Assembly (NCBI GenBank): GCA_040757695.1
Contig: JBFLWK010000004.1
Coordinates: 11,574 to 75,573 of the forward strand
Source: Elusimicrobiota bacterium
GTDB taxonomy: Bacteria > Elusimicrobiota > UBA8919
Direction: 5' to 3'
Length of the DNA: 64,000 nt
Made by a program: the position numbers and the translations under genes. The notes beneath the pieces were generated by a model. The model was not told where the DNA came from, did no database searches, and saw nothing but the letters and a program-made list of their open reading frames with translations. This document shows, piece after piece, positions 62,808-64,000 of this stretch (position 1 is its first letter; every line of letters starts with the position of its first letter).

Positions 62808-64000
62808 ATGGATAATAACGAAGAAAAAATTGTTGATGGGATTCATGAATTAACCTGTGATTTATCAGCAAGCAAATTCTGGAATAAGGATATTGCACCA
62901 ACGAAAATTTCAGATAGAAAATGGAAAACATTGGATATTGCTGCGCTATGGGTCGGTATGAGTGTATGTATTCCGACATATATGCTCGCGTCATCATTAA
63001 TTGCACAGGGAATGGCCTGGTGGCAGGCGATTTTAACAATTCTTTTCGGCAATTCAATTGTTTTAATTCCGATGGTATTAAACGCTCATGCAGGAACAAA
63101 ATACGGGATTCCATTTCCTGTTTTTTGCCGTGCATCATTCGGAGTTCTTGGCTCAAATATTCCCGCACTGCTTCGGGCAATCGTTGCCTGTGGATGGTTT
63201 GGTATTCAGACATGGATTGGTGGATGGGCAATATATCAACTTGTTTGCGCTATCTATCCAGAGATTGCAACCTGGCGAAACATTTTTCCCGCCGGTTTTG
63301 ATCTGACCACCGGCACAGGACTCTGCTTTTTAATTTTTTGGTTAATAAATATGTTTGTTGTTTACAGAGGGATGGAGTCAATCAGGCATCTTGAGGATTG
63401 GGGAGCGCCGTTTCTTTTAACCGTTGGAATTTTACTTTTAATATGGGCATACATTAAAGCAGACGGATTTGGGCCAATGCTTTCTCAGGGTTCAAAGTTT
63501 GAGACGAGAGGAGAATTCTGGTTTTTCTTTTTTCCGGCACTAACCGGAATGGTTGCATACTGGGCAACTTTATCTTTGAACATTCCCGACTTCACAAGAT
63601 TTGCCAAGTCCCAGAAAGACCAGGTCCTCGGACAGTCACTCGGTCTTCCGACAACAATGGCACTTTTTTCATTCATAGGTGTAGCGGTTACATCAGCAAC
63701 AATAATTATTTTTGGTGAGGCAATCTGGGACCCAATTATTCTTTTATCAAAGTTTAAGAGTTTCTGGGTTGTAATAATATCAATGGCAGGACTTTCAATT
63801 GCAACACTCACGACAAACCTTGCCGCAAATGTTGTTTCCCCTGCAAATGATTTTTCAAATCTTTGGCCAAGAAAAATCTCTTTTAGAACAGGTGGATTTA
63901 TTACAGGAATTTTAGGGATTTTAATGATGCCATGGAAACTGATTGCTGACCCGAAGGGCTATATTTTTACCTGGCTGATTGGGTATTCTGCATTGTTGGG
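62808..64000 (+). CDS. NCS1-family nucleobase/hydantoin/allantoin permease (partial, runs off the right edge)
   Basis: Own translation from ATG 62808: MDNNEEKIVD...DIAPTKISDRKWKTLDIAALWVGMSVCIPTYMLASSL...NAHAGTKYGIPFPVFCRASFG...ACGWFGIQTWIGG. The frame is open to position 64000 and is absent from the ORF track because it is unterminated. Confidence 0.85.
   Translation, partial: MDNNEEKIVDGIHELTCDLSASKFWNKDIAPTKISDRKWKTLDIAALWVGMSVCIPTYMLASSLIAQGMAWWQAILTILFGNSIVLIPMVLNAHAGTKYGIPFPVFCRASFGVLGSNIPALLRAIVACGWFGIQTWIGGWAIYQLVCAIYPEIATWRNIFPAGFDLTTGTGLCFLIFWLINMFVVYRGMESIRHLEDWGAPFLLTVGILLLIWAYIKADGFGPMLSQGSKFETRGEFWFFFFPALTGMVAYWATLSLNIPDFTRFAKSQKDQVLGQSLGLPTTMALFSFIGVAVTSATIIIFGEAIWDPIILLSKFKSFWVVIISMAGLSIATLTTNLAANVVSPANDFSNLWPRKISFRTGGFITGILGILMMPWKLIADPKGYIFTWLIGYSALL

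Noticed and set aside
62701-63811. ORFs 62701-63231 (-), 62921-63301 (+), 63088-63306 (+) and 63485-63811 (-)
   Set aside because: All overlap the long open frame starting at 62808, which translates into an unmistakable NCS1 permease. The alternatives have no homology signal.

Overview
AT-rich chromosomal segment from an anaerobic, diderm, probably uncultivated bacterium. The phylum cannot be assigned from sequence alone. Almost all genes are on the + strand, and most are housekeeping. They include acpS, nnr, rplM-rpsI, tadA, a four-subunit pyruvate:ferredoxin oxidoreductase with ferredoxin, hypCDE (minus strand), surE, tmk-holB-ricT-metG, htrA, recA, nikR with a TonB-dependent receptor, asd, gdhA and aldehyde:ferredoxin oxidoreductase. 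Also present are the origin-proximal cluster rpmH-rnpA-yidD-yidC-jag-mnmE ... mnmG-rsmG, an hdrA-mvhD-frdB-frdA-like redox cluster, four tRNAs, and a partial NCS1 permease at the right edge. Three things stand out. (1) A 3.4-kb, more AT-rich, two-gene island plus 0.5 kb of structured non-coding DNA sits exactly at the 5' end of mnmG. It is bounded by a perfect 38-bp direct repeat and has no recombinase. (2) Short repeat modules are unusually dense. Long imperfect palindromes with about 10-nt periodic arms start at or in stop codons, and conserved cores occur in both orientations. The same 7-10-nt units are tandemly inserted in frame inside conserved genes (hdrA, mnmG, hypE, asd, an SDR, signal peptides and TM helices). 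(3) There are small accessory insertions: an AAA ATPase and a NYN remnant inside the hdr cluster, a DUF5678/retropepsin pair, and an SBD-like reader gene. rsmG is fused in frame to a type IV pilin. No CRISPR array, rRNA, transposase or integrase was seen.
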